This document shows positions 37,851-52,157 of a stretch of DNA of 64,000 nt, piece by piece. Origin of the DNA: Mizuhopecten yessoensis (Eukaryota). Each line of letters begins with the position of its first letter. The first letter of the stretch is position 1. Below the pieces are notes generated by a model. It did no database searches and was not told the DNA's origin. It saw nothing but the letters and a program-made list of their open reading frames with translations. The translations under genes were made by a program, and so were the position numbers. The stretch covers positions 1,251,572-1,315,571 of the forward strand of contig NW_018405139.1 in the NCBI RefSeq assembly GCF_002113885.1. The letters are read 5' to 3'.

Positions 37851-40070
37851 ACAATCGAAGTAATTTCAAGTCTTTAAAATGCCCTGTGGCAAAGACACAA
37901 CAACGCACACCCATGAGCATAAATGTCGATGTTCACATCGCACAAGCAAATAAAACAATGAAATCACAATGTTGATCATTACATTTGCCAAAAGGCTTTT
38001 GCAACCATCATCTTTCCAAACATTGTGTTGTTAAATTTGTCCATCAGCAGTTGACATTTGTCACGAAAGCCTTCGAATACTGAATTAACTGTGATATGCA
38101 AACACCGTAGGTTGGGGAAGCAGGGATGTAACTGTTCAGAAAGGAAATGTTTACGACTGAAAAATAGAAATCATCACGCTTATTGTGCAACTTAATAGCA
38201 CTGATATTACACCGTTACTGTTGGTCAAGCTGCAAATCAAGATAAAGGTGAGCGGCTGATTTAGAAGAGATTTAGTCGCTTGTGTTTTATTTCCGTCAAT
38301 TATAAGTTCCTGTATCGTCTTTCACTTCTGATGTCTTCGTTTTAAATTTAACTGTGGCAAATGCTATTGATTATTTTTTGTTTAACGTCCATGCAACATC
38401 TAAAGTAATTTGATGACACATGTCTTGTGACGCAACGCCGAGAACACAAATAAGTCGGATACAATAGAAAAGAAAAAATGTCTGAAGTGTTGATGTATTT
38501 GACCCTCTTGTACTAGAATGAAAACAAACAATGGTATTTTAAATATCTATTTATTACGTCATTTTAACAAACAAACGGCTATTAATGGCATATAACAAGC
38601 TAAGGGTATTTAATCAATGCTCCTGTGTTCGGCAGAAAAAAAATACAATATATTGATTAAAAGTATTGCATAATTATCAAAATGTGTTCACTTGTTTTAC
38701 TTTCCTTTATTCCAGTTGATTATTTCCTCGCCGGAAGGATAACCAGTATAAGTATACCGTAACCAATAGCCGCAAGCTTATTGTTTTATAATGAAGAGGC
38801 GAAACAGTGGTCCATGCTTTGTATATTAAATGCCTTTGATTGTTCCTGGTCACCCTTTGTCAATGGTTGGTGTAGTTATCAGCACTTTTGTTTACCCACT
38901 TAAAACAAGCCGGCTGTACTTGACAATCCTAATGTGACATCAGCGCTAATCCTATTTCCTAGCCAACAAAAACACAGAATTATCTCTACAGCTCCTCGTT
39001 TTGATCATTCAAAATTTATTTGCATACGTGGGCCTGTAAAACAAAAGTCCAATAAGCTACAGCTAATTTGAAATTCCGGTACGACCTGAACCTGGTACGG
39101 AAGCATATGGCGGGTCTGCTAAACAATCCCTTTAATCGGTGGGCTTGGGTTGTGTCAATTTGATTTGCACTTAGATTAAGAATCATAACAGAGACTGTAA
39201 CAGGACAAATATCTAGATGTTATAATATCATGTCCTAATTCCTTACAATGTGTAAACGTGTCAATATAATTTCACGGTAATTGTTGACCGTTTCGAAGAT
39301 TTGATCTGACGAACTCCCCAGTGGTTTTCTTTTTTTTTTAACAATCCCCTTATATCCTGGAATGCGACAATACGTGTTTCTTTCAATAAAATTTCTTGAA
39401 TTTTGTAAAATTTTGTTATATCGTTTTTAACAATTCATCTAACACCCTGGGGTTGTCTACTTAATTTTCACCTTACTGGAAAAATAATCATAACTTCTAT
39501 TTCAACTCACAACAATTTCTTTGCTCAGATGAGTTAATTTAACCACAATAACGGTTTTACCATACCTAGACGTTTTTGGTCTACACGAGTGATTTACTGA
39601 CGGTTTTCATGTGGTCTGTCAGTGTGAGGCTAATAAGTTAAACACATAACTATACCTCTAACGATTGACCTCTCCTACCTGTTCATCGTCAAGTCATTGC
39701 TTTTGATGACAAAGGTAAATACAAAGATTCCGTGTGAAAAATTCTAAACATTTCTTATCTGGCTATCATTGTCAATCAATAAACAAGAGCAAACCGCGAT
39801 ACTCTGTATAAAGGGGAGTTATCGTAATAGGTGCATGTGATCGATTTAACTTCAGGCGTCGATAATGGTGAACGATAGCTCAATCAAAAGCGGTTTTCTT
39901 ATTTGAAACAGGTACTGTACAAAATTGATGTGATGTAGGGGTATCCCATTTCGTAAAAAGATGGATATCGACGGGGGTTAAAAAAATGTGTATTGTTCTG
40001 TCTCTGTTATCGAACATTTGATATGATTCAGCATTCCCTGCATGACAAATAAACAAGAAATAACACCATG

Positions 40071-40304
40071 AAGTTTAATTAATTTTGATGGAATTCGTCA
40101 TCTTGATTTGAATTGCAAGTCGATAGTGTTAATGCTTAGAGTTTCCTAAGCTTTTGATCTTTGATCTCACATAACTTAACAAAGTTTAATTAATTTTGAT
40201 GGAATTCGTCATCTTGATTTGAATTGCAAGTCGATAGTGTTAATGCTTAGAGTTTCCTAAGCTTTTGATCTTTGATCTTACATAACTTAACAAAGTTTAA
40301 TTAA
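40071..40304. repeat. 111-bp near-perfect tandem duplication bounded by AAGTTTAATTAA
   Basis: Copies start at 40071 and 40182, with a third AAGTTTAATTAA at 40293; one visible mismatch (CTCAC/CTTAC). Confidence 0.95.
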
Positions 40305-41684
40305 ATTTGGAAAGATATATTTGATGGATGCATTCTTTCAGTACTTTTAACAATTGAAAAGCGATTAAGGTGATTTTTTTATAATGTTTTATGCACGTGG
40401 TCGGTAATAAACACTCACTGTGTAGGTTACTATAATGTACTAAGATGGGACATAGAGCTTGAATACTGATGGTTTTTTTTTAAATTGTAAGAATTTTGAA
40501 GTGTAATTTTCTTTGATTATTGTTTCGTATATAACTTTCACAAATATGCCTTACAAATTTCTAGTATGATTCCTGACCACGAAACTGATGACAATTCATG
40601 ATTTTTCACGTTCATTGTAGCAACGTAATCATTCAAGCGGTTACAATATAACTGTTACTTTTATTTGACCAATTGGACATACTGGGAAAAAATTAAGAAA
40701 TATTTTAATTACTTTTACCTCTCTGAAGAAGTTTTTTTCAAGTTGTTCGACGGATAGTGTTATTTGAAGCACCAACACCTACAATATTATATCTACTATA
40801 TTGTAATATAATGTTAATAATACGTTATGAGTATCTATGAATTTGTTTCGTCACTAGGATACGTCTCACAACAAGTAAATACCGACGTGATGAAAATCAG
40901 TGTTTGTTTGTATTAGAACATATATATTTAGAAATATAGTATCCTCCTTCGTTTACACTGTCATATTAGTTCGATATTGTTATCACAGACTTTATATTAT
41001 GACCTATTAAAGTTTTTATTATGTAACAGTTCACGAAATCTATCAGACGACACTTAACTATCTCATAAGTATACACAACGCCGTCAAATATATTCAAATG
41101 AACACCTTGCTCCATATAAGATTACGCCCGTCTTCACTGCGTGTATACCACTGGGAAGTAATCGCAGGTTTCTTTCATGTCTACCCTCCGAGGAGCGTCC
41201 TGTATCTTACCTGCCGCGATCAAGGTATTTGTACAAAGGCTATATCTTAGTACTGGTTTTGAATATCATACCTATGTAATCTTCAACTTTTCATTCTCAA
41301 CCTCTGGTATTTTTCATCCTGCGGATACCCCGCATAGATCAACCCCGATGTTTTAGAAATATTCCTAACAAGATACATAGTGAGCTAATTACCGACCATT
41401 TGGAGGTCGTGGGTAAAAACCAGTGGCTCGCCTACTAAATTCTTTTATAATTACTTGTAAGTGTATTTCACTCACCACCAGGCCCTCTCACATTCTCTGT
41501 ATGGACCCGTACAGGACATACCTATGTTCACTTTAATTCGATAATATATCAACATGGCTATACGATGTTGTGTGACTTTACGAACACAGATTTGATATGT
41601 TATGCGTGTTTGATTTTACGCACATAGTCTGTTGATATGAATGAACTCAGAGGCAGTTGGTTAAAATAAACTGACGTGTGTTAT

Positions 41685-41990
41685 AACCCCGCCCATATCT
41701 AACATCAAAGGGTACCGCGACAGAGGTGTTCTGTAGAACGGGACTCGGAGGAAAACTACAAAAACAAAACACAACCACCTCAAATGGTGTTTGTCCATAA
41801 TAATGGATTTAGACGCTTGTAATGATTTAAACATTTGTGTAAGTCAAACACTTATTGGAGTAAAGCTTCACATTTGAGTGATTGAAAATGATCCGTTTGG
41901 TTGGCGTCACGCCCCCTCGCCACGCCCCCATCACAGGTTTGAATGAGTTACTAAACTCACACGTGGTGTAGAGAGCACTAATATATAGGC
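41685..41990 (+). promoter_or_regulatory. Putative proximal promoter of the sFRP3/4 gene
   Basis: GC box CCCCGCCC near 41687, TCF/LEF motif ACATCAAAGGG 41702-41712, two Sp/KLF-type CACGCCCC (41908, 41921), E-box CACGTG 41960-41965 and TATA-like TATATAG 41982-41988, ~320 bp before the ATG. Confidence 0.55.
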
Positions 41991-42301
41991 TTTAAATATG
42001 AAAACCCAAGACATTTCAATATATAATTGTACAAGTTGATGAAGGCGAATATGGATATAACACGTGCAGAACTATGTATAGACAATGAATTTCATAATAC
42101 AAACGAACTCTAATTATTTTATGGGACATGGTGTTTTTGTAGTCTGATAACAGAAAATAACCTTTCTTGCCTTCTGGAAAACTAGAAACTGTCTTCCTGT
42201 GCTTTTATATTTTCAAACACAAATGATATATTTTCTCAAGGTGTTGCCGGTGGATTCCATTTAGTAGGGTTTTGTGATATCGGTGATTTAAAACACTCAC
42301 A

Positions 42302-42785
42302 ATGGGATATTCGACTAGAAAGCTGCAAAGAGATATGCTCGTGATATTACTGGTGTGGAGTCATATTAGTTTTGTGTATGGACTAGTGTTTAATAGGAGG
42401 GCTGAGGCATGTGAACCAATACAGATTCCCATGTGTCAGGGAATGCCGTACAATATGACCAGAATGCCAAATCTCCTTCATCATAGTACACAGGAAAATG
42501 CAAAATTATCCAGTGAACAGTTTGAAAAATTAATAGAACAAAATTGTAGTGACGTTCTCTTATTTTTTCTGTGTGCCATGTATGCTCCTATATGTACTGT
42601 GAACTTCCAGCCTGAACCTATTCCACCATGTCGGAGTGTGTGTGAACGCGCTCGCATGGGATGTGAACGAATAATGAATGAACATAACGTTTCGTGGCCG
42701 GAGTATCTTGACTGTTCCTCTCTCCCTCGATATGACAGAGGAGTTTGTGTATCACCGGAAGCGATCGTCTCATCTCTACCTGACC
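42302..42785 (+). CDS. FRZB: Secreted frizzled-related protein 3/4 (FRZB-like), coding exon 1: signal peptide and Frizzled cysteine-rich domain
   Basis: Hydrophobic leader, ten CRD cysteines, and sFRP3/4-type strings ([43 protein letters not shown]). Phase-1 donor C|GTTAGT at 42785/42786. Confidence 0.95.
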
Positions 42786-45700
42786 GTTAGTATTACCCAT
42801 TGTTATACTCGAATTTCTTTGTAACGAAATTATAAATATCCATTGTACAGTTTCGGAACTTGAATGAACCTATAGCCCATGTTGTGAAATGCATGTTATC
42901 TTAATTCGGAATGCATATTTCATTTGATATTTATCTGTGACATTAAGTATAGCTTGCTTTCGTTTTGAAAGTTGTATCGGTAAATCTAAACGATAAAAGC
43001 TCGTAACTTCTGTAACATTTCAACCTTATCCTAGGCAGGAATCTTTCAGTAGTTTCGATTTTGACAGCTAGGCAAGAGATCCAAGGCTTTTTATCAATAA
43101 CATAAATACAGCTGAACTGACGTTGTAAATGGTTAGTATTGATAAATGTTTCAAGAGTAGAATCTCGCCAAAGAAAACATGTTCGGCCCAGATACGACCA
43201 CCTGTATTACTGCAATACACGAATAATGTATATTCACCAAAACATGTGTCCGGACCAGTTGTGTAGTTAGCTTACTTCAGTATTGGATCTATCTGATAGT
43301 TGAGCGTGTAAGGTATAATCTTCGTTACAAGGGAAAGGTATGCGGACGAATTCCAGACTCAGTAGGCAAGTGTTCTTCTTGCAGGGTTAACACAATATCC
43401 TTTATTACGTATTAGAAAGACGTCGTTTCTACCATGTTCTATCTTCGGCTGTTTAAAACATACTTCGTCTCCTTTTAGATTCTAAATGGTTTGTAATTCA
43501 ATTATGCTACAACATAATTAGTTACTTGACATTGTTAAAGATACCATTATCCATATGGCGCAGACGAAATGAAGATAGAGGGCATGAATAAAATAATGAA
43601 ACAGACAGGAAGTTCACATTTAAAAATGTTAGCATATTTTATTGTTTTTCATTATAAGTGTAATTAGGGGTTTGAATAACTTTGTATTTATCTGTTTAAA
43701 AGTATCTGTTATCAGAGTGATGCTAAATCTTAAGCAAACGATCGCAGTCTTTGGAAAGCTAGATTAAGGTAAAGTATAGTACACACATTCAATTTTTCGC
43801 CGCCTTGTTAAATAGTAAAGGCTATCGTTGATCAACTTCCTGTTAATTCTGATGGGAACTACTTACACACATATTGAGTACTATAACTCATACTTACGGA
43901 GCAGACACTAATGTCTGAATATCTCTATGTTAAACTTCTAGAATTTTTATACCAGAGATCAAGGTGCAGCTAACCAAGGTGTTATATCTTTATCACGTGG
44001 TAATATTATACAATTTTAAACGTGGTTAATGTTTTGATTGAAATAGGTAAATCCATGTAACAGTGGTAGCAACGAAAGCATAGTAATGCCTCGGTATGTC
44101 GAGTTTGCTAAAACCATGAAAAACATCAACATAAAAGGGGTATTTCGTTTATTGGAGTTTAAATACACATAAAAACCATGGGAAATGAATCTCTACGAGA
44201 TTTATATTTCATGATCATACTAGTCAGTATCAACCTATTTAGATATGTTTACGAGTCCATTACATTTGACTACATCCGTGAAATACTATAGTATGGTAAA
44301 CATGGACACACTTTTTGTTTTCTGTTGATCATTAAACTTATCATACAGCAAAGCATGTGTTGTCACAACGTTATGTAAAACCTTGACATCTTGCCCCTAA
44401 CCTTACATTTATCAACTGTTTGAGGGCCTTATGGTGGTGATGCGAGAGCGTAAAAAGCCTCAAACATCCAGCTATACCTTACACATATGGTTGTGATTGT
44501 ACAACAGCTTAATCTTTATGACGAACCCCTGGGTTGGTAAATATATGTAATATAAATATCGAAATACAAACCAATGAATGAGAGAGGTATCTCTGGTTGC
44601 GTGACGTACTCTGTTTTTACACTTATAACACGACATGATCCTCACCCTATTGCACTATGAAGTATTTATATCATATTAACGTACATACACGTCATTCATC
44701 AATTAATAATAAGTATATAATTGTATAAACGGCCCAATTTGACAACCCAAGGGGAACACACAATCTGGAATATCTTTAAAAAGATTGAAAATGATAATAA
44801 GCAATATATTTACAGCGATTCGAAAGGATCATCTGCAGAAATCGTATTGTGGAATATTTTATTGAGCAACTTTAGTCTTGATTTTGATTGATATATATAT
44901 GTATATGATCAAAACTTGTACTCGGAACATTTGTGTACAATCGGTCGTCTTCGTTACTTATACAATGAAAAATAAAATACCAAAGTTTCAGGAGAAAAAG
45001 ACGCGAATTTGATATTTACAACAACAAGGACTAACCAGCCACCTAAACTAATCGTTTAGTTTGTTTGAGGTTAGATGTACACACAATAGCTAATAACATG
45101 TGCAGATAGTGCCGTATCACTGAAAAGTTACATTTTGATACTGACAACGGGCTAACAAGAAATGACATTATGAAGCTCCTCTCAGAAACTAAGAGTCGAC
45201 AGGTATGTTTGGGTTGTAACCACCTCACTGTGTGCTTCTTATGTCTTCTGTCTATGGTTAGTGTAGTGAACACCATTGATTGTATATAGGTTTTACCTCG
45301 AATACGTGTTGTATCCTGATTCGGTAGATTGATATCGCGTTATCACAATAGTAGTTTAAAGAAAATAGTGGCAAATTCCCAAAACTGCCTTTCCAACCTC
45401 TCTGTATTCTCTTGTTTTTCACACAAATAACACTTCAACAGACACAGACAAACGATACTTTATCCCGGGGCTGCACCTCAGATGAAAGCTAAAACAGGGG
45501 AAAAGAAGTACGTCTTATCAAAATTAAAATTGTTTATGTGGTATTTCGCGGTGATGTGTTGTCTGGTTGCTCCTTGTTAAAAGTGAAAAGCTTTGTCGAA
45601 GAGGGAAAAACTAACCACAGATCCCAAGCCCAGGTCATCTTGTCACTTATATCAAACGGAATAGTGTCTTAAACACAACATCCGTCAACATTTAAATAGT

Positions 45701-48700
45701 TTTGTTTTATGAAATCTGATGAATGCGGTTCGGGTCATAAAGTTGTTAAGACAAAAAGAAGTTGATTAATAAACTGAGGTTTTTGCTACACACTTGTTAA
45801 CATTAGAGAAAGTAATCCTTTTGTAAGTAAAGTGAGAGTTAACCTAAGGAATGATAAATGGCATTACTTCTGATTTCATAACTACATATCAATTAGGCTA
45901 CCTACCACTTAGGTATGCCGGTCATGTAGACTTGCTTAATTGACTTACGAATTAGAGCGCGTGCTGATAATTTGTTGTTCCCTCAATGTAAAACAGAGAT
46001 GACGAAGAACCTGCTAACATGTTTAAACATATAGCAAAGGTAATAAAAAACGCATGTTTCTGTCATTCCTTGTCCCCTTACTCCGGACAAACGTTGTTAT
46101 CAATCTGAACAAAGGGACCATAATTCTGTATATACTTCGTCACGAGACCCGGGTTTAATACGCGAGACTCCGCCGTGATATGATTCACTGGTATAAACGA
46201 AAGTTGGCAATTTCAGATGACGAAGTTTATGAGATATGCTATGGAGACTGTGGTGAACGGACATATGGGCGGACGAAGTACCGTTAGCATCGGTGGGACC
46301 CATGAAAATAACAAGTGTTATTTATTTGAAAAATAATATTTGTCGTTCGTCCTTTTATATCAAACCGTCATTAATTTATTCGTCTTGAAACATTTTGTTC
46401 TAGATTTTTGATAGTGCTATTGGTATATTAATGAAAATTATATTGATCACTGACATTTATTTATAATATATATATAAGTATTTAACATATTTGTTCCTAT
46501 ATTTTCATTGATCACTATAAGTTACAAGCTGGATGAAAACCATTTTGTCTGCAATCGTTGTGTAAAAATAATGTGGCATTAGGGCAACACAACTTGATAC
46601 AACTGGGTCGGGCCATGTTTCGATTTTTTCAGACTGACCTTTACACCGATCATCCTTAAACAAAACGGAATGTGTTTATAAAAGCGAATTATGATATCAT
46701 TAAATGAGATTATGAAACGCCTTGAATGTTTGAGTGTAAACAATACACTTCATCATCAAGCAAACCCCGTGTATTGATAAACTAACGCTCAATCTTCAAA
46801 GAAACGTTTCCATATCATGCATACAATTCGATCATCCAACTCTACACGCAGGCAGGGCTATGGGATGAATATACCTCACAGGGGCAAAGCCACGAGCTAT
46901 CGCTTGTGTGTTTGTTATAAAGCGATTTTAATGTTGCAGAGCTTATCATGGCTAATACGTCTGCTGATAACGCGTTTACGGGCAATGCCGTGTTAAGTTA
47001 GGAACAATTAAACAACACTATCATTGTTAAAGTCTTCAGGAAAAACATGAGATAAAGTTGGCAATTTTTTCGCATGACGTGATGGTGTTACTTCTACAGC
47101 AGTTATCAGTTGGTTCATATCAACTTGAAAGAGGTGTAGGATACTATCTCAAAAGCAGACGATTACTTTACGTAATATGAAAATCCAATACTGGTTTGTT
47201 AATATGTTAGGGAATGTGTACGATACGTGTGCTCGTCTCTGTTAACACGTCCTGAACTTTGTCTCCTATTAGCTTATACAATAACTATAAAGTCGACATA
47301 TTTATTTGGCATATTGTGAGTCATGAAAGGTAAAAATGGATTTTAAGGGATTCGTTTATTTCATAATGTGTGATTTGACTATATATCCAACTTAAATTCA
47401 TTTTTTCAAACTCAATTAATGTTTGATATCTGCAATATTTTCAGTTTAAAATTGTAGTATAATACCTCTTATTGTACGACTTATATGATCATATAGATAA
47501 GAGTAATTCCTATTATAGATGCTTATGAAAGCACCATAATATATTTCTATAATTAATTCTTCGCGGTATTTTTGATTTGGACATTTTCAACACAATCTTT
47601 ATGTATATTTCTGGTGCAATAACATCAAATTCCTACAGACGTTCGTAAATACTACGAAGGAATATCCCGTGGGCAACGGAATTTGTTAAGAGCTGATTAC
47701 AAGTAAGGGAAAGAAGTGATTAACGTTTCTGTGTGGTTAGACGGACAAAGGTATTATTTTCGTCCCACTGGGATGACAAACTCTTTTAATGTCGTGACAA
47801 GGATTGACTCATTTTCAACGCTCCATAACCTCGCTGCCGTGCGCGGACACTGATACAAGACCACTGAGACGCACCAGGACTGAGATCGCATCGTAAGGGC
47901 CATACATGCTTCGCTAATTTAAATTAGGCAGGTGGTCTTGTTGAGTTGTGTTAGAGATTATTGCGATTATTGACGATTTAAGATTTGAAATCTTAATAAA
48001 TCAAAAGTTTTGATCCGAGATCTAGGGGAAACAATCCTTCAGTATTCAGCACGATTTGTGATTAGAATTTACGGAGTATACAAATCGAGTATAACCTCAT
48101 TTTAGTTCCAATGTAATGATTGCGCCTGTGTATATCACCGTTATGTAATAGGAACCGGTGGACACCTGTTGAGTTAGTAAATATTTATTTGTATTCAAAC
48201 ATGTGCACCTACATGCTGGATTACATTTACAAGTCTGGAGCACAATGTAGATCACACCGACAAGACATTGCATAGCATGCCGGTAGGTACAGGTGCAACA
48301 TACCTACTAGACATTTACAAATAACAATACGCTCAGCCGCCATTGATACCAATGAGAGAAAGTACACTGAGCCAATATTGATAGCCGATAACATTGTTTT
48401 CTATTTTCCGACACTACATTTTGATCTCGCGTCATATTGTATTTGAAATTAAGCTGAAATCTTTATCTATTATATTGAAACTGGAACATTCTTTAGAACT
48501 GTATTTAGTGTTCCAATATAAAGTCCAACTGTTTTTATTATAAGTAGCATTAGAATGTAGAAACGGTCCGTCCAGACAATAATGTTACACAGAATAGCAC
48601 GGATGCTCAGTGGTTAACGATAGGACTGTCAAGAAAGACAGGGACGTGTACACTTGTAGAATAAATGATAGATACGTTAGAGAGCCAGCTTGCAGTGAAG

Positions 48701-51700
48701 TTCATGTATAGCAATGAGTGCAACGAATCAGTTTTATTGTCGTTTAACCTTCCCCCCCCCCCCCCCCCCCCCCGATGACGAGGGCACGGAAAATAACTTC
48801 CAATTCCTTGGTGGACCTATACCAGTCGTCTAAAACGATCATGCAGTGCGACACAGCAGGCTAGTTCTTATATTATTTCACCATATCTGTATGCATCTCA
48901 AAATGAAACCATAAATATCTCGAAAACAGTAATATGTGAAACATAGCCATATGATGTATGAATTGTATGGGTACATAAGCGGTCAAATCAGACTGGCGTC
49001 CATGAGATTCTCGATGTTTAACATACCTACTCTTCAATCTTCACAACCTTAAAATGACGCATGACTAACGATAAAAAAATATCTATATCATAATATAATA
49101 TTATTGTAATGTTTGCAGGAAGTTACCTCTCGAGTACGAATCCATTATTTTGTAAGGCAATATCCCTGGTATTACTTTGACGACTAACAATACATTTATT
49201 ACAGGTATTTTAGCCGTATATGAGCCATGCTTGTAAACAGTGACACTGTCACAAAGCCGCGCAAAGGTCAGACAGTTCAGTATAAATTAGTAAGCATATT
49301 TCTGCGTCCAAGCGGAGATACCAGTATATATACTAAATTCACGGTTAATTCAAAACATATACGATGTATATAACTATTAATCTTATCATAACCTCTGTTA
49401 TATCGCTTACACACGGTGTGGTTATTTAAAGCGTATCATAATTAAGTTCAACAAAGGCCAATTATACTTTTAAACACATGTGAACAGTGAACCCCGTTCC
49501 TGACGATATACTGGATGAACACACGCGGTGTCGATAACTTAGAGACTGGGCCTAACACCATATCTCTCCAGTATTCAGTTTTGTTTAAAATAAAACATGT
49601 ATAATAATTTCTGACAATACCCAGATATCGTTGTTAGGATAGTATTTCAGAGATAGGCGAGTTTTTATTGACCCCGTAACACACTAGGGCGATCCCTAGA
49701 TGTAGGTAAATGGGAATAAGCCAACGAGATTACTAATGTAGTCGTTTTCCACACAGCTTGTAAATGGTATTAAAAGAGACTTTAATACGTGTGTATGGAT
49801 GTGATGTAATGTTTAATACAAGTGTAAGATATGAAACCGGGCTATCTTTCTAGAAATAGTATTCATTCAACAGAGCCATGTGTTTTGAATTTGTCATTCC
49901 GTATGAAAACTTAGTTAAAGTATCTTAAAGATTTATATCAGTTTTTCGGTAATTCTATCATATTACATCGCTATGGCACATAAAACTATGGTTTACGACA
50001 CCAATATAATTATAATATACTTCATATCCATCCATGTCTTCTACAAGAGGAGTACTCAGTAAAAAAATAAAAATAAACACGAAATCAACATCTTAACAGT
50101 GATACTGTCCATGCTAACGTTCATATAACGTTGTTTTTTTTTTTGTTTTTTTGTTTTATTTTTTTTTATCAAATAACATATACTCTTAAAAGTACCAAAA
50201 TAACAATGCATTTAACACGATTTAACTAGAGACTCAAAAGTGTAAATATCATGATTTTGTAAAAAATATCGACATATTTTTTTTTTTATTAACAACTAGC
50301 TTACCATATTTATTTTTATTTACATATTCAACTGTAACTACCAAATAAGAAACCTGCAAATATATGAGTATGAATCGTAATTTCCTGTCTAGCTGACGGC
50401 AAGTTCATGTAAATACACACCACAGGTGGGTATGATGTGACTGTGTATTAGCAGTGACCACACCGTAGCGGTGATGGTAGTTTAAACAGAGGTGTTATCT
50501 TACTGTCTGTTGACTAAGAACATCCGTAGGTTTATGATCCCGTCCGTGGAGGACACAGTGAGTATACAATAAAGCCGAAGGCATTATGCCGTATCTATAT
50601 TGTTATTCCCCTGGATTTTCTATATCACTATACAAAGCAACATTTCTCCCATTTACTGAGCTCCCAACGAATTTGAGATTGATAAATAGCTACGTTGCCG
50701 GTTCGCTATGAAGAAATGAAACTTTCGCCTGTTTGAAGTCCAGAATTTCATCAACGTCGGGATGTAACAAATTGCCACCTTCACACGTTGGAGAGTTCCC
50801 TTTGTAACTAAGCTTTGACAAATGAAATTCAAAATAATCCCAGTTCAGCCACTTTATAAACTGAGAGCCTATTGTGAATTCAAATGTAACAGATGATTAA
50901 TAGACAACTTGGTAATTTTTGAAGGTAAATTAATTTTTGCTACAAAGACGTTTTATGCTATATTTGGACTCAGTTGTGCTAGGCCGTTCTGGTAACAATG
51001 ACTGGCGTTACACATGTCTCTTTGATGTTACCGCTTTTGAAGATTTTCAACATGGGCATTAATTTGTTTCTTTTGACGGCAAAATCTTGCTCTCGGCTTA
51101 TTTTAATAATATTTCATTGAACCTTTGCTTACTTTTGTGTGTGATTTCATATTGAATTTTATTTATATGTATAAGTTAGAGAGTAAGTAGGCATTCATTC
51201 TTGACATATTACATACTTTATAACACATTTTTTCGCCCATAAGCTATGTATTTTGGTTAGTTTTGTTACATGATATTGTTATATGTTGTAGCTATATATC
51301 CCATTGTGTATGATTTCCCTTCCCTTCGTTTGCTCGCCTCACACAAACAAATATACGTGGTGGTATTTCAAAGATAGATACAAATGGTTCTTTGAAATAT
51401 TTTATGCGAATTACAAACGGTTTTTCTCCGACTGTGCATGGAGTAGGATCATAATGACAAGTAGAGATTCTCGACTAATCAAAACATCTTATGCATTAGC
51501 ACCGTTTAAACAGACACATGATCTCCAAACCTCAAAGGAGACAATACGTAATACGTCAGAAACATAGAGTACATTAAATTGTGAAATCTCCTTACCGTCG
51601 CTTTGTGATGCGACTCAAAATCCCAACTTGGAGATGAACTGTAAGGCATTATACTATCTCGACAGCAGTATTAAGTTTTAATGTACCCGCGCCTCAGACT

Positions 51701-52070
51701 GGTTTGATAGTGTGTTTCTCTGTCTGAACGGGACAGAGATGAAAAAGGCCTTTGATACGTACGGTATTACACTTATGCTTGTCTGATGAAATAAGTCTAA
51801 ATCCAGTTTGCACGGGCTATTTGTAAAATACCTTATCAGCCTATCATTTCGCCAGTCCCGTGCTTCAGATCACAGGGCTGACTCGGCTTCGGCAATCTTT
51901 GATCATTTACAGGTTATTTGCTCATTCTCAATGTTTTCTTTCATGTACCAACAAATAGAGATTTGTTTTCCCGTTCACAGTCGTTTCATTTCCCTTTGTT
52001 TTACGTTTAAAAGCTGATAATAAGGGTATATATCTATGACTACAAACGTTTTTGTATTTGTCTCATTTAG

Positions 52071-52157
52071 GTGGACAGACAACCCCTGAGCCGATTGCAG
52101 AAACCAATGGCAACAACAAGTCTGATAGAGATACGACCAACAAGACACGCAAGAAAG
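52071..52157 (+). CDS. FRZB: sFRP3/4 coding exon 2: linker (R)GQTTPEPIAETNGNNKSDRDTTNKTRKK(G)
   Basis: Acceptor TTTTTGTATTTGTCTCATTTAG, 87-nt open phase 1-1 exon, donor AAG|GTATTT. Position fits the short linker exon of vertebrate FRZB, but the sequence is too unconserved to confirm by homology. Confidence 0.75.

Noticed and set aside
42302-42790. Calling the 162-aa ORF a complete gene or a Frizzled receptor
   Set aside because: A splice donor overlaps the stop, the downstream exons encode an NTR domain, and no transmembrane region is seen.
47639-47702. Open exon-like segment (CTACAG...GTAAGG) in intron 1
   Set aside because: It is 64 nt long and would shift the frame between the phase-1 exons.
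48752-48773. Poly-C and poly-G runs (also ~23729 and 9611) as G-quadruplex elements
   Set aside because: Simple homopolymers of unreliable length with no supporting context.
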